A DNA stretch of 64,000 nucleotides, from positions 868,001 through 932,000 of the forward strand of contig MU008153.1 of NCBI GenBank assembly GCA_010909165.1, given 5' to 3'. This DNA is from Anthoceros angustus (lineage: Eukaryota > Plantae > Anthocerotophyta). Position 1 is the stretch's first letter. Every line of letters begins with the position of its first letter. Position numbers and translations under genes: made by a program. Below the pieces are notes generated by a model, which was given only the letters and a program-made list of their open reading frames with translations, was not told the DNA's origin and did not search any database. Below, piece by piece: positions 1 through 13,400 of this stretch.

Positions 1-1559
1 CCGCTGCTCTTTCAGCCACTTGCTGATCCTATTGCGCTTCACTCCTTCATGCGCAGAGACGGGAGCTTCCTTGGGAGCAGCCCCGAGGGCCTCAACTGTC
101 ATACCAACTCCTTCTTCAACGGCCCTGCACGCCCCTGATTCCTCATCGATTGTCGTGCCTGATCCACCTCCTGCGGCCCTCTTGCTCGATCCGTTTGCTG
201 TTGCCATCATTCTCAATCCGCTTGCTGCATTCGCTGGGCATGATCCACTTGCTGCCCCCGCAGCGCAGGATCTTGTTCATGTTGCCGCCGTGCTCGATCG
301 GGTTGCTGTCGCCGCCTTCTCTGGTCCCGGACCGCTACCTCCTGCGACCGCATGGTTGCAGAGGGGTGTCGGGCCAGCATCATCAGCCTGCACCAGCTCT
401 GCTACCTAGGATGGCCATGGATGCGGCTTTGCCAGCTGGGAGGCAGTCCACATTAGTCTCTTCGATGAGCGGACTCCTGTCGGCTCGTCATTGTGAATAT
501 TGTACGATCCAATGTCATGCACATCTGCAGACCCATCTCGGCCGATGTCGGCTTCTTCCTTCCTCTTGAAGACTTCCTTGGTTGAGGAGTTGATCTTACC
601 GCAACCCTTTTTGGGCGCCCCTTCTTACCCTTTTTTACTTCCCACTTCTCTTGCAAGTTCTCTACTCCATCACCCAGCACGGCCTATGCCGCCGCCACAT
701 ACCTACTCTCCACAACCACCCCCATGGCCACTCCCTGATGTGATTCACTGCCGACTGCAGTGTTGATTGCGGACTTCCCAGACAATATTCTTGCTGTTGC
801 AAGCTTCCTGGTGTCTTTGTCGGGCTCACGATGGAACACCAGCGACTGGACATGCACAAGCTTCTTCCCCCTATGAGGCATCTAAGAACCAAGGTGGTTG
901 TGGTCAGTAGGTGTGTTGAAGGTGGAGCCATGGTCAAGGCCAAAGCGCTAGTGTCGTAGCAACTCCAAAACTAAGTCAGTCTCTCTAACTCCCTGGCAGC
1001 GACGTCACGCTCTACCGTATGTTGTAGATGTGCGGAAAACAAGGCTGTAAATGGGGGAGTTTACCTCAACAATGGGGCTGACGAAGCGGTTACTAAAGTA
1101 CTTGGGAAAGAGCGTGTTCGGCAGCAAATGACCTCAGCCAAGTTCTCATGCACAGAAAACGGGATGACGTTACACGGGACACCCACGGCTGCACACCCTA
1201 GCGTCACTTTGTCAGCACGATGAACTGCAGCCTGTTCTGCACTAGAGAGCAATGTGAACCATGGTACCTTGTGACTTACTCCAGCGGCACCCAAGTCGAG
1301 GATGCCTGCAACAACCGAATGCCAGATACTTCACCGGATAAACAGTGGGGCTAAAAAGAGGCATTTGCATGGTTCAAACGGCTTCCTTTATCCAAGCGGC
1401 GAACCAAATAGCCTGGAATTTCCCGCCCATCATGCCCCTATTAATCCCGCCCAATGCCTGAAAATCGCCGCAAACGATTCTCCCTGATTGCACCTAAATT
1501 CCTTGCGCCCAAATTGCCAAACGCTTGCAAAGTTCAAGCTCATTTGGTTACCCTAAGCC

Positions 1560-1715
1560 AAGCTAGTCTGGTCAAGTTTGGTTAAGTTTAGCTAGTGTGA
1601 TTAAGTTTGGTTGAGTTTAGCTAGTGTGGCTAAGTTTTGTTGAGTTTGGCTAGTTTGGTTAAGTTTGGGGTTAAGCTTGGTTAAGTTTGGGGTTAAGCTT
1701 GGTTAAGTTTGGGGC
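1560..1715. repeat. degenerate short tandem repeat (AAGTTTGGTT / AAGTTTAGCTAGT units)
   Basis: Repeated aagtttgg(g)ttaag and tttagctagt units visible across 1560-1715. Confidence 0.7.
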
Positions 1716-1904
1716 AGAAGTTCGTATGCGCTTGCAAACCTCTGGTTTAGGGTTTGCAGGTCTCTCCCACCTCAAGTTTATCGCTAATGGCGTAGCCTAT
1801 GGACTTGAACCCTAGTTGTACTCTCTTCCGAATAGTGCAACCTATAATGAAATTAACCCAGGTTTATGAGAGTCCTATGTATACGGACATTTTTTTTCGT
1901 CTCG

Positions 1905-2047
1905 GGATGTTAACCCCGAAACCCAAGGAACAGGGTTTGGGATGTCAACCCCAAAGCCGAAGGAATAGGGTTTAGCATGTCAACCCCAAAGCTGAGGTTG
2001 GGATGTCAACCCCAAAGCCCAAGGAACAGGGTTTAGGATGTCAACCT
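1905..2047. repeat. ~36-bp minisatellite GGGATGTCAACCCCAAAGCCCAAGGAACAGGGTTT, probably TE subterminal/LTR sequence
   Basis: About 4 degenerate units; the same unit recurs at ~4092-4140. Confidence 0.7.
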
Positions 2048-2654
2048 GTGGAATGGGTTTTTGCATCCGAAGACGCAAAGAGGCCACATTTACCCTCTAT
2101 GTCGTTATAGTCCTAGGATTCGATCCCAAGGGAATGGCTTTGTGTCAAGATGTTCCAAAACTATGGATTCTAGTCCTCCTACAATCGCCTCCTACCCAAA
2201 TCATAATCAACTACCGTCCGAACACCACGCGTAAGTTCGACCACCGCTGGTGGATTCGGGCCACCGCGAGTGGGTTCCGCCACCGCGTGGTCGATTCACC
2301 ACGGTGGTGGGACCTCACCGCGCGCTGCACGTCGCACCGACTATTTGTCGCCGGCCTCGCCACGCCTGCTAAGGGCTATGGTCCTATGCACATGTACACC
2401 AAGTCACACTCATGTGGATTCACACCCGAGCTCACCGTGGATGCACACCATGGCCACGCACGCGGCACCTCACTCCGTCGTTGATTTCCGTGACCCCAAT
2501 TTATTCCCAACCTTCCTCGGCCGCTGCCTGCACTCGTGACTCACCACTTCCTAGACTCCCTTCACACAACGACTCACTCACCCCTTTCTTCTAGGACCTC
2601 ATACACCACCGCACAAGATGTTCCCACAGATCCTCCTCTCTCAGCCACAGACCT

Positions 2655-2732
2655 CTCTTGGGCCACACAGCCTTACTTGGGCCACACAGACCCCTCCTTG
2701 GGCCACACAGACCTCCTTGGGCCACAGACCCC
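2655..2732. repeat. ~20-bp tandem repeat (CTTGGGCCACACAGACC)
   Basis: 4 imperfect copies of cttgggccacacag. Confidence 0.7.
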
Positions 2733-5059
2733 TCCTTAGAATTAGACACAATCCAGATGGGGCTGGTTGGGGAAAGGAAAACAATGGTCGGTTTGGCTGT
2801 GCGATTCGCACACCCGCGATCTCACCCCGGTCCCCTCACGGAATTTCCCTCTCCGGCATGCTTGAGCACCCTTCACCACTAGTCACCCCAGACGGAGCTT
2901 GGTCACCACTCGACCATCCAGGATCTCCCGCCCTCTTGTGACGAGAGGACAAAGACACGAATCACCACATCGATCGGATGCCTCCAACCAACCACGCGCA
3001 CAAATTCGACACATGGGAGCTCACACCGAAATTGTCTAACGAGAGAGACGCGAAGGGGTCTCTTGTACATCCGGCAGCGGGCTCCTCACTTTTCCAAAGG
3101 TCTAAAGATGGCTAACCTACCTCCAAAGGTCTAAAGATGGCTAACTTACCACGAGCGCCTACCAATTCGGGTATCTACTGATTCACAAGCTTCCTAGCAC
3201 CTTATCCTCTAATCCAAGTGAAAGCCTCGACCTATGATGCCGCCTCTAAAATCAGCGCCCGCCTCCTCCGTGGCCGCCTAGCCCCGCGCCCATGGGTGTT
3301 CCTCGCCTCCTACCACGCCCGATCCGAAGATCCTCACTTAATATCTCCACCTCACCCCGCTATCCGAGGTCCTCTCACTCCGCAGGAGGTGCCGCCTGCC
3401 TTCGCCCGCCGACGTTGCCTCGCCTTCATCATCGGATGCCCAAATGCATGCTCCTCCATCCACGCCTAGCCTCATCTCTTCCGCTTATACCTCCGCTAGC
3501 TTCTTGATCTTCTCAGAGGTGCCGGCTCCACTTGTTCCTAGGCTCGTGAAATTTCATTCGAGCTCCTCATCTGCCGCATGCGCCTCCTTCACTTAACTTC
3601 ACTGCATCCGCCTGCTGCCGAACTCGCCTTGAAATCTCGTAGAATCACAGCATCAAGGTGTGGTCTTCCAATTGCACTCCAACTCGCTAGTGCTCACCAT
3701 CACAACCCCGGCCCGCAACTAGGGTTGTTATCTCCCCCGCCTCAGATTCAGACGCTCCATATTCGCCACCGCCAGGAACTAGCCACCTCCCCACTTCCCT
3801 GCTTGTGACTGTGAATGAAGGATCCCCACCTTATATAGACAAATTTTATTCCTAAAAATCCCAAGGTCCAAGGACCTTCTAGCCTCGGCCTCGATATTCA
3901 TGTGTTCGAGGCCCAAGGACTAATTATTTGTAAAAGTAATATTGCCATGGGCCAAGGACCACTTTTAGTATAAAAGGCCTTGCCTCGGACATTTCCTAAG
4001 CACTCCATCACACAAAACATAAGAAAAACAAAAAAAAAAACATTCAAACCAACAGTCCAGGGGAGGGTTAGTGTACATGTGGTCTTCCACACAACCCCAA
4101 AGCCGAAGGAACAGGGTTTGGGATGTCAACCCCGCAGCCCAAGTCCTTGGTTTTCGGTGTCAAAGAAATTGGGGTTCCAAAACCCCTGTTCCTTGGGTCT
4201 TGAAATCCAAGGACTTGAGATGCCCTAAATCAACATTTGCTGATTTTGAGGCCCAAGGATTTCAGAGCCTATAAATGATATTGACATGGACATCCGTGGT
4301 CTCCACTCGACTATTCGTCTACATCCGTTTTCAGACCAAAACCCTTAATCGACATGGACGACCTGACCCTTGATCAACATGGATCGACATGGATCACCAT
4401 TCATGGTTAAGGTTAACTGTAAGACTGCTTATCACGGAGGCCACATGTCTGACCGGGCGTTACAACTGGTTTATTGTTGGTCAAACGCACCCAAAACGCG
4501 CGTGCCTAGCAATGCGTTACAAACGGCATGCGCTCAATTGTTTTAGTTTGCATGCCTTGTGCCACTGTGTAATTATTAAGCCCAATTTGCCACGTGCCTT
4601 GCCCGGATTGGAAGCAGCCAGTTGGGTTGTTTTCGAGTGTGCCAGCCAAACGTGATACATCAAAATCACACCATTCCAATTGCAAAGCTTGCTGGATGCC
4701 ACAGTTTGCAGAACGCGCAAATTAGGCGAATCTCCTAGCGGTGCGTCCTATGCTTGATTTTGTTGGGGCCATGTCTGGAGGAGAGGATCCTAGAGGGGCG
4801 TTGGTGTGGGCGTCAAAGGCTTTTTCAATTATGCGGCAAATGTTCGATGGCGCATGGGAGTAGCGGCAAATGCTCGAGAGGAGGCTCGATTACACCGAGA
4901 CAGATACCCAACAGCTAATCGAATCTATGGCATCTAAAGGGGAGGTCCTTGATTTTCGGAGGTGGTTGATGGAGACGGGGACATGCATGCTAGAGATCAT
5001 GGCATTGTCGCCTAGTCTGGCGAGGTGGAGCCCTGATATTGTTGATTGGGTAAACAGAC

Positions 5060-5411
5060 TACCGTACCCCAAGGGGTGATTCGGCATTAATTAATTAAAA
5101 TTAGTAAAAGTTGAAAATCCAGAAATTATTATACTTAAAATGTTGAATAGGTAAAAATTTATGAGTTTATGATGCCGAAAATAAGGAAACTAGGGTTTGT
5201 GTGGAAAATTAGGGCCTATTTAGGGGAGATCTATACATATCCATTAGTTTTATATATATCTATATATTTTAATAAATGTTGAAATTTGATAAAATTATTT
5301 TTTGTAAATGTTGAAATTTTGAAAAATATAAATATTTATGTTGAACCTTGTTTTTTTCAAAAAATAATTATTTCGGCATTATCCTGTTGAACCACCCTTC
5401 GGGGTACAGTA
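5060..5411 (+). mobile_element. Tc1/mariner-type MITE, family A copy 1 (span includes both TA TSD copies)
   Basis: Termini TA-CCGTACCCCAAGGGGTG ... CACCCTTCGGGGTACAG-TA are imperfect inverted repeats; AT-rich interior is homologous to copies at 22278-22613 and 51865-53092. Confidence 0.85.
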
Positions 5412-5669
5412 CACGTCATTATGCGCTATTTAGTTGATGATGTGACTACACGTAATGACTCCCTCCATATCTGTAGCATGTGCGCGACTAGTGCTGAGTT
5501 TGAGAGCAAAGGTGTGGAGCTATCTAAACCGGCTATGGTCGCGCGCATTGTGGCCGTGGCCGCGGCCTAAAGAAAGAGCACGTGGCTTACTTCAATAGGG
5601 AGCCGCGCATATGAGGACCCTCATCCCAGTATTGATCCGGGGATAGGCGCTTGACTGCTAAACCCTTAA

Positions 5670-6334
5670 ACCCTACAATACACTTTTATTGTAAGTAATA
5701 TAGTGAGCTATCACGTAGTCGGGTTTATGAAGAAGGGTTTGCCATAAGTGCTGAACCCGCGTAATTACCATTGGTATTACAATATATTTTTTCTTGATTT
5801 ATATTGAATTATAATAGCTAAAATCTTTTTTACAACTACCTTAAGTACAACACCATGTACAATGCCAGAAAAATCATATTGTTGTAAAAAAGGATCGAGC
5901 GTAACAGCAGACACTATTATGGGAAAATTACAATATGTACTGTACAATGGTTTTTTCTGTTAAATAATTATTTATTACGATGCCATTGTACCTAATGTGC
6001 TTGTAGTTACAACAACCTTGAATTACAACGAAAACAAGGAGGCCCGAAAACCAATTTGTGGTAAAACAGGGTTGTACAATAACAACCGACAATTCCTAAG
6101 CGCAATTACAACATGGACGTACAACGATAAATCCGAATATTTAAATAAATAAAAACCCGAACCTCCAACGGTATTTAGCCACCGTTGTAAGAAGGTATAG
6201 CCGTATTTTAAAACACGTTTTAAATTGCTAAGGCAAAAAAATACCAAATGAGCACATTGTAAAACACGATTGGGCCCAATTTGAGTCTGGCTTAAGGTTT
6301 CGAAGTTTGTAAAAGCACCCTTATTCTTGTAGTG
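5670..6334 (-). mobile_element. CACTA (En/Spm) non-autonomous element remnant; only the right terminus is clear
   Basis: Reverse complement of 6321-6334 reads CACTACAAGAATAA, a canonical CACTA terminus; TTACAAC/GTTGTAA subterminal motifs occur in both orientations; left end uncertain. Confidence 0.5.
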
Positions 6335-6424
6335 CAAACGTTGTGTGCTTGTAACGGTATTATCTACTTAATAAATAAATACAAATGAAATGTGCCTTAA
6401 GGGCTGATTGCTATCTAGCTCAAC

Positions 6425-7860
6425 ACTCCCACTTAGCATCTAGCTCTTAGGTTTGATAGTTCTCTTTGTTCTTCATTACTTGTGATAAACTTCTTAGTCC
6501 CATTCCAACTGTGTGTTCCTATTGTTTGATGGATGTGAGTGCCTTGGTGAGGACGTCTGCCATCATGTATTCTGTCAGTGAATCTAACACCTTAAATTTA
6601 CCAGAACTTTGGGTTATATGTGAGTGTTATGGCACTCTAATTGTCACAATATAGCGGCCTTCGTATTTGTTGTACTTCTACAAGTTCCGTAAGTTGTAGA
6701 AGCTGCTAGAGGCTGTCCTTACAAGCGTGGGTGAGTGAGCAATACTCAGCTTCAGTTGAGCTAAGTGCTACCACCTATTGTCGCTTGCTGCTCTAGCTTG
6801 TTGTTGTTCCGCTGAGCATGTAAACATAGCTGCTTGTGCTTTTCCTGTCATCAGCATTTCTTACCTAGTCAACATTGCTAAAGCCCTCGAGTTGTAGAGG
6901 TTCACTTTGCTTGGTTGCTCACTAATGTAAGAGTCTCATGTCAAAAGTTACTCTCAAATATCTAAAGACTCGCTTAGCTGCTTTCCAGTGGACATATGTC
7001 GGAGCTGCTAAAAATTGAGATAATACTCCCACTGAAAATGCGAGATCTAGTCTAGTGCAAAGCATAAGACACAGTCATCAAGCTCCTGATGTCGGGAAGA
7101 ATATGGTAGCTCTTCATTGCTGGAAGTGGGAAATTCAGTTTACCTTCAACTTCCAGGTTTATTCAACTTCCAGATTTATTACTGGTTTATCAACTTCCAG
7201 GTTTATTACTGAGGGCCAACACTTCCTCTTTTATCACTCTTTGTTGAGTTTTGAGTTAACCTCTATAGGAGTGGAGATAGGCTTAGATTCTAACATGTTA
7301 TACTTAGTCAGGATTTCCACAATGTACTTAGACTGATGAATAAAAATACTTCTAGTTTCCCTATGCCTTAAAATTTGAATGCCTAAACAAAATGAAAGTT
7401 CTCGATAAGTTGTCATGGAGAAGCTCTTTGCAATCATTAATCTAATGTCTTTTAATAGTCTTAGAGTTGGATATGAGAACGATGTCATCAACGTATACTC
7501 TTAGCACAATGAAGTGATTATTGTATGTCTTAGTATAGATGTTACTAAAGGTCTCGCCGTAGTCAAAACCATGTTTTTTTTAATATCCTTTTGCCACTAG
7601 TCTAGTTTTATCTCTCTCTATGCTACCATCAGTGTTTAATGTTATTTTAAAGGTCCACTTAGAACCTACTAGTTTCCGTGTCTTTAGGTAAGGAAATTGA
7701 TGTCCAAGTTTTATTAGCTTTTAAGAAGTCTAGTTCCGACGTTATTGCTTTCTTTCAATTTTCCTTTTCTGTGCAAGTGTTGGCCTCCTGGTAGTTGACT
7801 AGGACGAAACGGTCTTTGACTGCATTGAGACAATAGGCTATCGTGTTCTTAGGGTCCCGC
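6425..7860 (-). mobile_element. Ty1/Copia retrotransposon pol remnant (RT + RNase H), degenerate
   Basis: Minus-strand motifs RKLVGSKWTFKIK, TRLVAKGY..GFDYGETF, VYVDDI (~7485), LGIQI..IFIHQSKYIVEILTKYNMLESKPISTP, SKRQ*VVALSSTEAEY, MMADVLTKA; PPT-like AAGTGGGAG followed by TGTTG at ~6425. Confidence 0.85.
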
Positions 7861-8220
7861 TAGTTAGTGGGAGAAAATCTATTTATTTTGCGTGCAGTAG
7901 ATCGTTGGGGCCGTCTTCTTCTGGTGTCGACATTGTTAGTAGGCTACAAAATATTCTCATTGGTATCCACGGGTAAAAGTCTTCGTGCTCATTGAGTTCA
8001 ATGCCTTGTGTGTGTGTGGTGCCACTGGTAATAGGTTGCGAAAACATATTCGGATAAGGATTATTGAAATAGAGAGTCTTGCTTGCTTGTGATGTACCGG
8101 GAGCGTGCTCTGAGTTGTGGAGAGGCACCGATGTCCATGCCTCGGGGATGTCCTCCATGTCGGCGCGGGGAAGGCTTCGAGTTGTTGTCCACCATGCGAG
8201 GCTGCCAAGGGAGATGAGCG

Positions 8221-8593
8221 AGTGTCTGCGCCTAGAGATTGAGTGCGCTCACCTGCTCTGAGGCTGCAAGGGAGATGCGCGAGTGTCCGCGCCTAGAGAT
8301 TGAGTGCGCTCGCCTGCGCTGAGGCTGTTAAGCCCGCTTGGGTCCGCGCGTATGGATTGCCCTTCGTGCTCGCCATAAGAAGTTGATAGTCCATGGGCTG
8401 TGTGTGTGCGTCTGCGCATGTAGGCCCTGTGTGTGTCTGCTGCTATCGGCCGGGCGCTTGAGGGTGATCCCCTGTGCTTGCCATAAGAAGTTGGTAGTCC
8501 ATGGGCTGTGTGTGTGGGTCTGCGCATGTAGGCCCTGTGTGCGTCTGCTGCTATCGGCCGGGCGCTTGAGGGTGATCCCCCGTGCTCGCCATC
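8221..8593. repeat. two tandem duplications (~59 bp x2 and 108 bp x2) next to the Copia remnant
   Basis: cgcctagagattgagtgcgctc repeated near 8230 and 8290; ccataagaagtt..gagggtgatccc repeated at 8373 and 8481. Confidence 0.75.
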
Positions 8594-10431
8594 AGATGTG
8601 AAAGTGTCAAGGAGGTTGCTGAAACCAACTTCAGGACCTGATGAACTCTCGTCTATATGTTACTTCTAAGGGGAGGACAAAATGGCTGGATTATGGAGGA
8701 TGAATGAAATTAGAGGTCATTCTAGAAGGTAGGACAAAATGGCTTGATTATGAAGTTTAGATAAATTTTTGTATAGCTGTCACTCTTGAGGGGAGGATAA
8801 AATGTCTTGAATTATACAATGATTAATTCCATTACCATGATTTGAACGGGTCACTCGAGTGGAAGTGAATATCCTAACTATTTAGGCTACAAGGAAACTA
8901 GTGAATTGATTTAGTCATATGAGGTAGGGGACTTGTGCGCATCTAAGCTAAGATGCAAAATGAAATCATGTTGATTGGAGCCAGTATAATGACATTCACT
9001 ATAAAAAATGATGATTGTGAGTCTTTCGGCAGCGGGTGTCCCTTGCCCTCCAAAAGGCACTTATAAGCTATCTTACAGATAAGCTATCTTACAGATAGCA
9101 ACGTTTGCTGGAAATGCATCCTCAACTAGTTCAATAATATGTAGGTTATGACATCATCCATCATCCGTGCTATAAGTGACTTTAGACATGCTGATGCATT
9201 TGGGCAGATTTAGCTTGATGGGCACAAAATATGATGGGCTGAAGAACCAGGCTCTAGGCCTGGATCTTGCCATAGAAGCCATAGCATTAGTAGCAACTCA
9301 GCTTGTTCCACCAAGTCTACAAAATACAATGGGCTGAAGAACCAGGGTCTTGCATAATTGCCATAGAAGCCATAGAAGTGTACAATTTTTTAGTCTTCTG
9401 GAGCCATCTATTCACGCGCTTGTCCACATGTCAATGCCTCGCTTTGAGTGAAAACACACAAGTCCCATAATACCTGGATGCCGGGCTACATTTGCAACAT
9501 TCGCACGGGTATCATGACTACATGGGAACGCCGTAAGAAACGCAAAAGAATCCCTTAGTTGGGAGTACGTGTCTGTCGGAAATTTCAGATATTAGTGAAA
9601 CAACTAGGTACCTAATTAACCTCCCTCGATAACCAAAAGTCCCTCGGGAGTGCGGACTATATATGTAAAGGATAAATATCAGTGCTAGCTTGAAAGGGAA
9701 TGTTTGGGCTTGAGGCAGCCATTCAGCGATTAACACCAGCAATCGATAAAAAGCAAAATCCAGCGATTGAGCATTAGGCCGTCGATATATGTAGTAGGTG
9801 CCTACAATTGAGGGTCGCGAGACCCTTGAAGAGCCTTCGTCTTCTTCACCAGGCTTAAATAGCTGCCTTTTACCGCAAACCCTGCCTCTACCTCTCTGCT
9901 CTTATCTCTGCTTTGCAACATGCTGCGATGAGAATGCGGACGGTGTGGCTCCTGCAGTCCTCCCTGCTCGCACCTACCAGCCCGGTCTCTAGCCCTAGCG
10001 GTCTCCGCTCCTCCCTTCTCCCCGTCCTCTTGCCCTGACGCGTTCTCCTTGCAGCGAAGATCTGGCGGGCGTCCCGGGCCTGCTGCTGCGCTCGTAGGTT
10101 TGCTGCTGCACCATTGGAATTGGCCCGGCGGGAGCTCGCGCAGGGCGGGATTGGAGTACTAGGGCACGCTGCCAGGATCCGCAGCCTGGTGTAGTATCCG
10201 GGGCCTGAATTGCCTGCCGCTGGGCTGCGTTCGGGGATGGCGTGATTGGGATTGGCTTGGTTAGGTGTAGGCTGATGCAGCAGGTAGCAGGGCTCGATGT
10301 TCGACGGGTTGTCGGGAATCGGAGGGTGTAATTCAGGGCGTGGTAGTGTGCACGGGGACGGCTGATTTTTGGGAGCCTGCTCGGTGAGCGTTCGGCTGCG
10401 CACGTGCGGCATTGGAACCGGGGTAGGCGCC

Positions 10432-13400
10432 ATGGCGGTGAATACGGAGCGGAGAGTGATAGAACTAGAGTCGGGATGGGAATTTATGCAGAAAGGCATC
10501 ACCAAATTGAAAAATCTTCTCGAGGGTGTGCCGGAGCAGCAATTCAATTCGGAGGAGTACATCATGCTGTATACGTATCCTTGTCATGTGGTTTGCTCTG
10601 CGTTTTCTGTTGGGAGGGAGGGAGGGAGGAAGGAATTCCTGTGGTCGAGGTTTGTGCTGTGGTACGGTGTGGAATGACCTAGTTTGGAGCTTGTAGTGGT
10701 CAGTTCTTGTCTCTGTCTTGGAGGCTGTGACACCTTGACATTAAGGTTGCAGAACTATCTACAACATGTGTACGCAGAAGCCACCTCAGGACTACTCGCA
10801 ACAATTATATGACAGATACAGGGAATCTTTCGAGGAGTATATCAACTCCAAGGTAGGCACTATCTGCTGGTCGGAAGGCGCCGCTTTTGCACTATATCGG
10901 GGTCCGGCGCTCTGAAGCGTGTCTTCCCCCGCCATGTATGTGTAACAGGTTCTTCCTGCACTGCGGGAGAAGTATGACGAGTACATGTTGAGGGAGCTTG
11001 TGAAGCGATGGGACAATCACAAGGTCATGGTGCGGTGGTTGTCTCGGTTCTTCAACTACCTGGATCGCTACTTCATCAATAGGCGATCACTTGCACCCTT
11101 GAGTGAAGTTGGCTTGATGTGCTTCCGGGATCTGGTACGGTCTGCGTTTCCTCTGTCTGGTTGCTTCAGCTCCTCGTTTGTGTCTTGAGATTTTGCCGGA
11201 GACTGTTCATCTCTGACATGCATAATCCACTGGTTAATGCAGGTGTACCAAGAGATGAGGCATAACGTCAAAGATGCTGTGATTGCATTGGTAAGCTGCA
11301 CTGGTCTGTCGGGTACCACGCTTGTGGTCATGTGTATTGACATGTACTGTGCTTTATGCAGATTGACCGGGAACGGGAAGGGGAGCAGATTGATCGTGCT
11401 CTGCTAAAGAATGTTTTGGGAATCTTTGTTGAAATTGGAATGGGAAACATGGATGCCTATGAACAAGATTTCGAAACCTTCATGCTTCAAGATACAGCTT
11501 CCTTCTACTCTCGCAAGGCAGCATCCTGGATCGAGGAGGACTCTTGTCCAGACTACATGCTCAAGGTCTTGCCCACGTCACCTAGTTTCTCAGCGTTCCG
11601 TACGTGGCAGTGTGGTCCACTGTTGCTATATTTCGATGGGTATGATATTGCAGTACCCTAAGATGCTTTTGGTCTAGCAGGCGGAGGAGTGCTTGAAAAG
11701 GGAGAAGGAAAGGGTTGGTCACTACCTACATACTTCGAGTGAAGTGAAATTGCTGGAGGTTTGTTCTTGCTCTCTAGCCTAACCTTGATGTTCGCTTAGA
11801 TACTTCCGAACAGCAGCGACGAGCCTAGCTCTTTGAGCTAATAAATTCCCTTATCGTTCGCAGAAAGTACAACATGAATTGCTAACTCAGTATGAGAACC
11901 AGTTACTGGAGAAGGAACACTCAGGGTGCCATGCTCTATTGAGGGATGACAAGGCATGTCCGATATTCTTGCCTGTGCCTGGTTCCTTTTCTGCAGTTGT
12001 TTGTTCTCTATGAGTTTCACCTCAAAGCAGGTTGACCATGGGCACGTTTAACACCATTGGTCATCCCCTCCTTGTTGACTTCTAAGTGGCCAATTTTGTT
12101 TGTGTTGCAGGTGGAGGATCTTTCGAGGATGTACAGACTGTTTCACAGGATTCCGAGAGGGTTGGAACCTGTTGCCTTGATCTTCAGACAGGTGATTCTG
12201 TCTCCCACAGTTTTAGGGCTGTGCTTGACGTTAACGTGGCCCAAATACTGATGGGGTACTTGTGTTGCTTGCACAGCATGTGACTGGTGAAGGTACAGCT
12301 CTGGTGAAGCATGCAGAGGATGCCGCCAGTAACAAAAAGGTGACTTGCTTGGTGACACAACAAATTTGCCCTGACTGTTTGCGCCTGTTGCTGAGTTTCA
12401 CCTGATAGTAGTTGACTCATCACCTGCCATATGGCTCATTCTATCATTGTGCTTGACAGAATGAGAAGAAAGATACTGTAGGCGTGCAGGAGCAGGTATG
12501 CTTATGTTTTTTAAGTATGTTTTTTTTAAGTACCATCCTGTTTTCTTCCACACCTCCTAGTCTGGTTTTTTGAGTGGTGGTTCAAAACGCACCTTTTGCA
12601 GGCGTTTGTTCGCAAGGTCATTGAGTTGCATGACAAGTATCTGCAATATGTCAATGACTGCTTTCAAAACCATTCCTTATTTCACAAGGTAAGGGCAGGT
12701 TCCAGTTTTCTGGCCTTTTTGTAAACTCCTGTGGGATTTGTACCTATGCTTTAGTCCTTACTCCAAGGTGGCTCTGTCATCATTTGCTCACCCGTTTGTA
12801 CATGGACAGGCCTTGAAAGAAGCCTTTGAAGTGTTTTGCAACAAGGGTGTTGCTGGAAGCACCAGTGCAGAACTGCTGGCGACTTTCTGTGACAATCTTC
12901 TGAAGAAGGGTGGCAGTGAAAAGCTGAGCGATGAAGCCATTGAGGACACTTTGGAAAAGGTTCTACTTTTGGTTCCATATTGTAGTTTTGGCTCACTTCT
13001 CTTTTAAATTGCGAGACCTATATGGAGGAATATTGATGCGAGTCTAACAAGCAATTTGCGTGCAATCAGGTTGTGAAGCTCCTTGCCTACATCAGCGACA
13101 AGGATTTATTTGCTGAGTTTTACAGGTATGCAGATGTGTGTTTTGTTCATGTTTTTTGACTTCGACATCTGGTGCAATGCCTCATGTGTTTTTTTCTCTT
13201 TCCTGGGACCTCAGGAAAAAGCTGGCGCGAAGGTTGTTGTTCGATAAAAGTGCAAATGACGACCATGAGCGCAGCATTTTGACCAAGTTGAAGCAACAGT
13301 GTGGGGGCCAGTTTACATCAAAAATGGAAGGAATGGTAAGCCCTCCTCTGTTGGCATGTTTTGCAGAGCCTCCTTTGTCAGTCGTGGTGGGTGGAGCAGA

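Noticed and set aside
1-1300. CACTA TNP-like or Gypsy accessory protein fragments (KLATARILSGK, VTKVLGKERVR)
   Set aside because: The motifs are faint and on opposite strands; the region is probably TE-derived but cannot be assigned.
9888-10565. 225-aa minus-strand ORF
   Set aside because: Overlaps the CUL1 first exon and GC-rich 5' region in antisense; low complexity.
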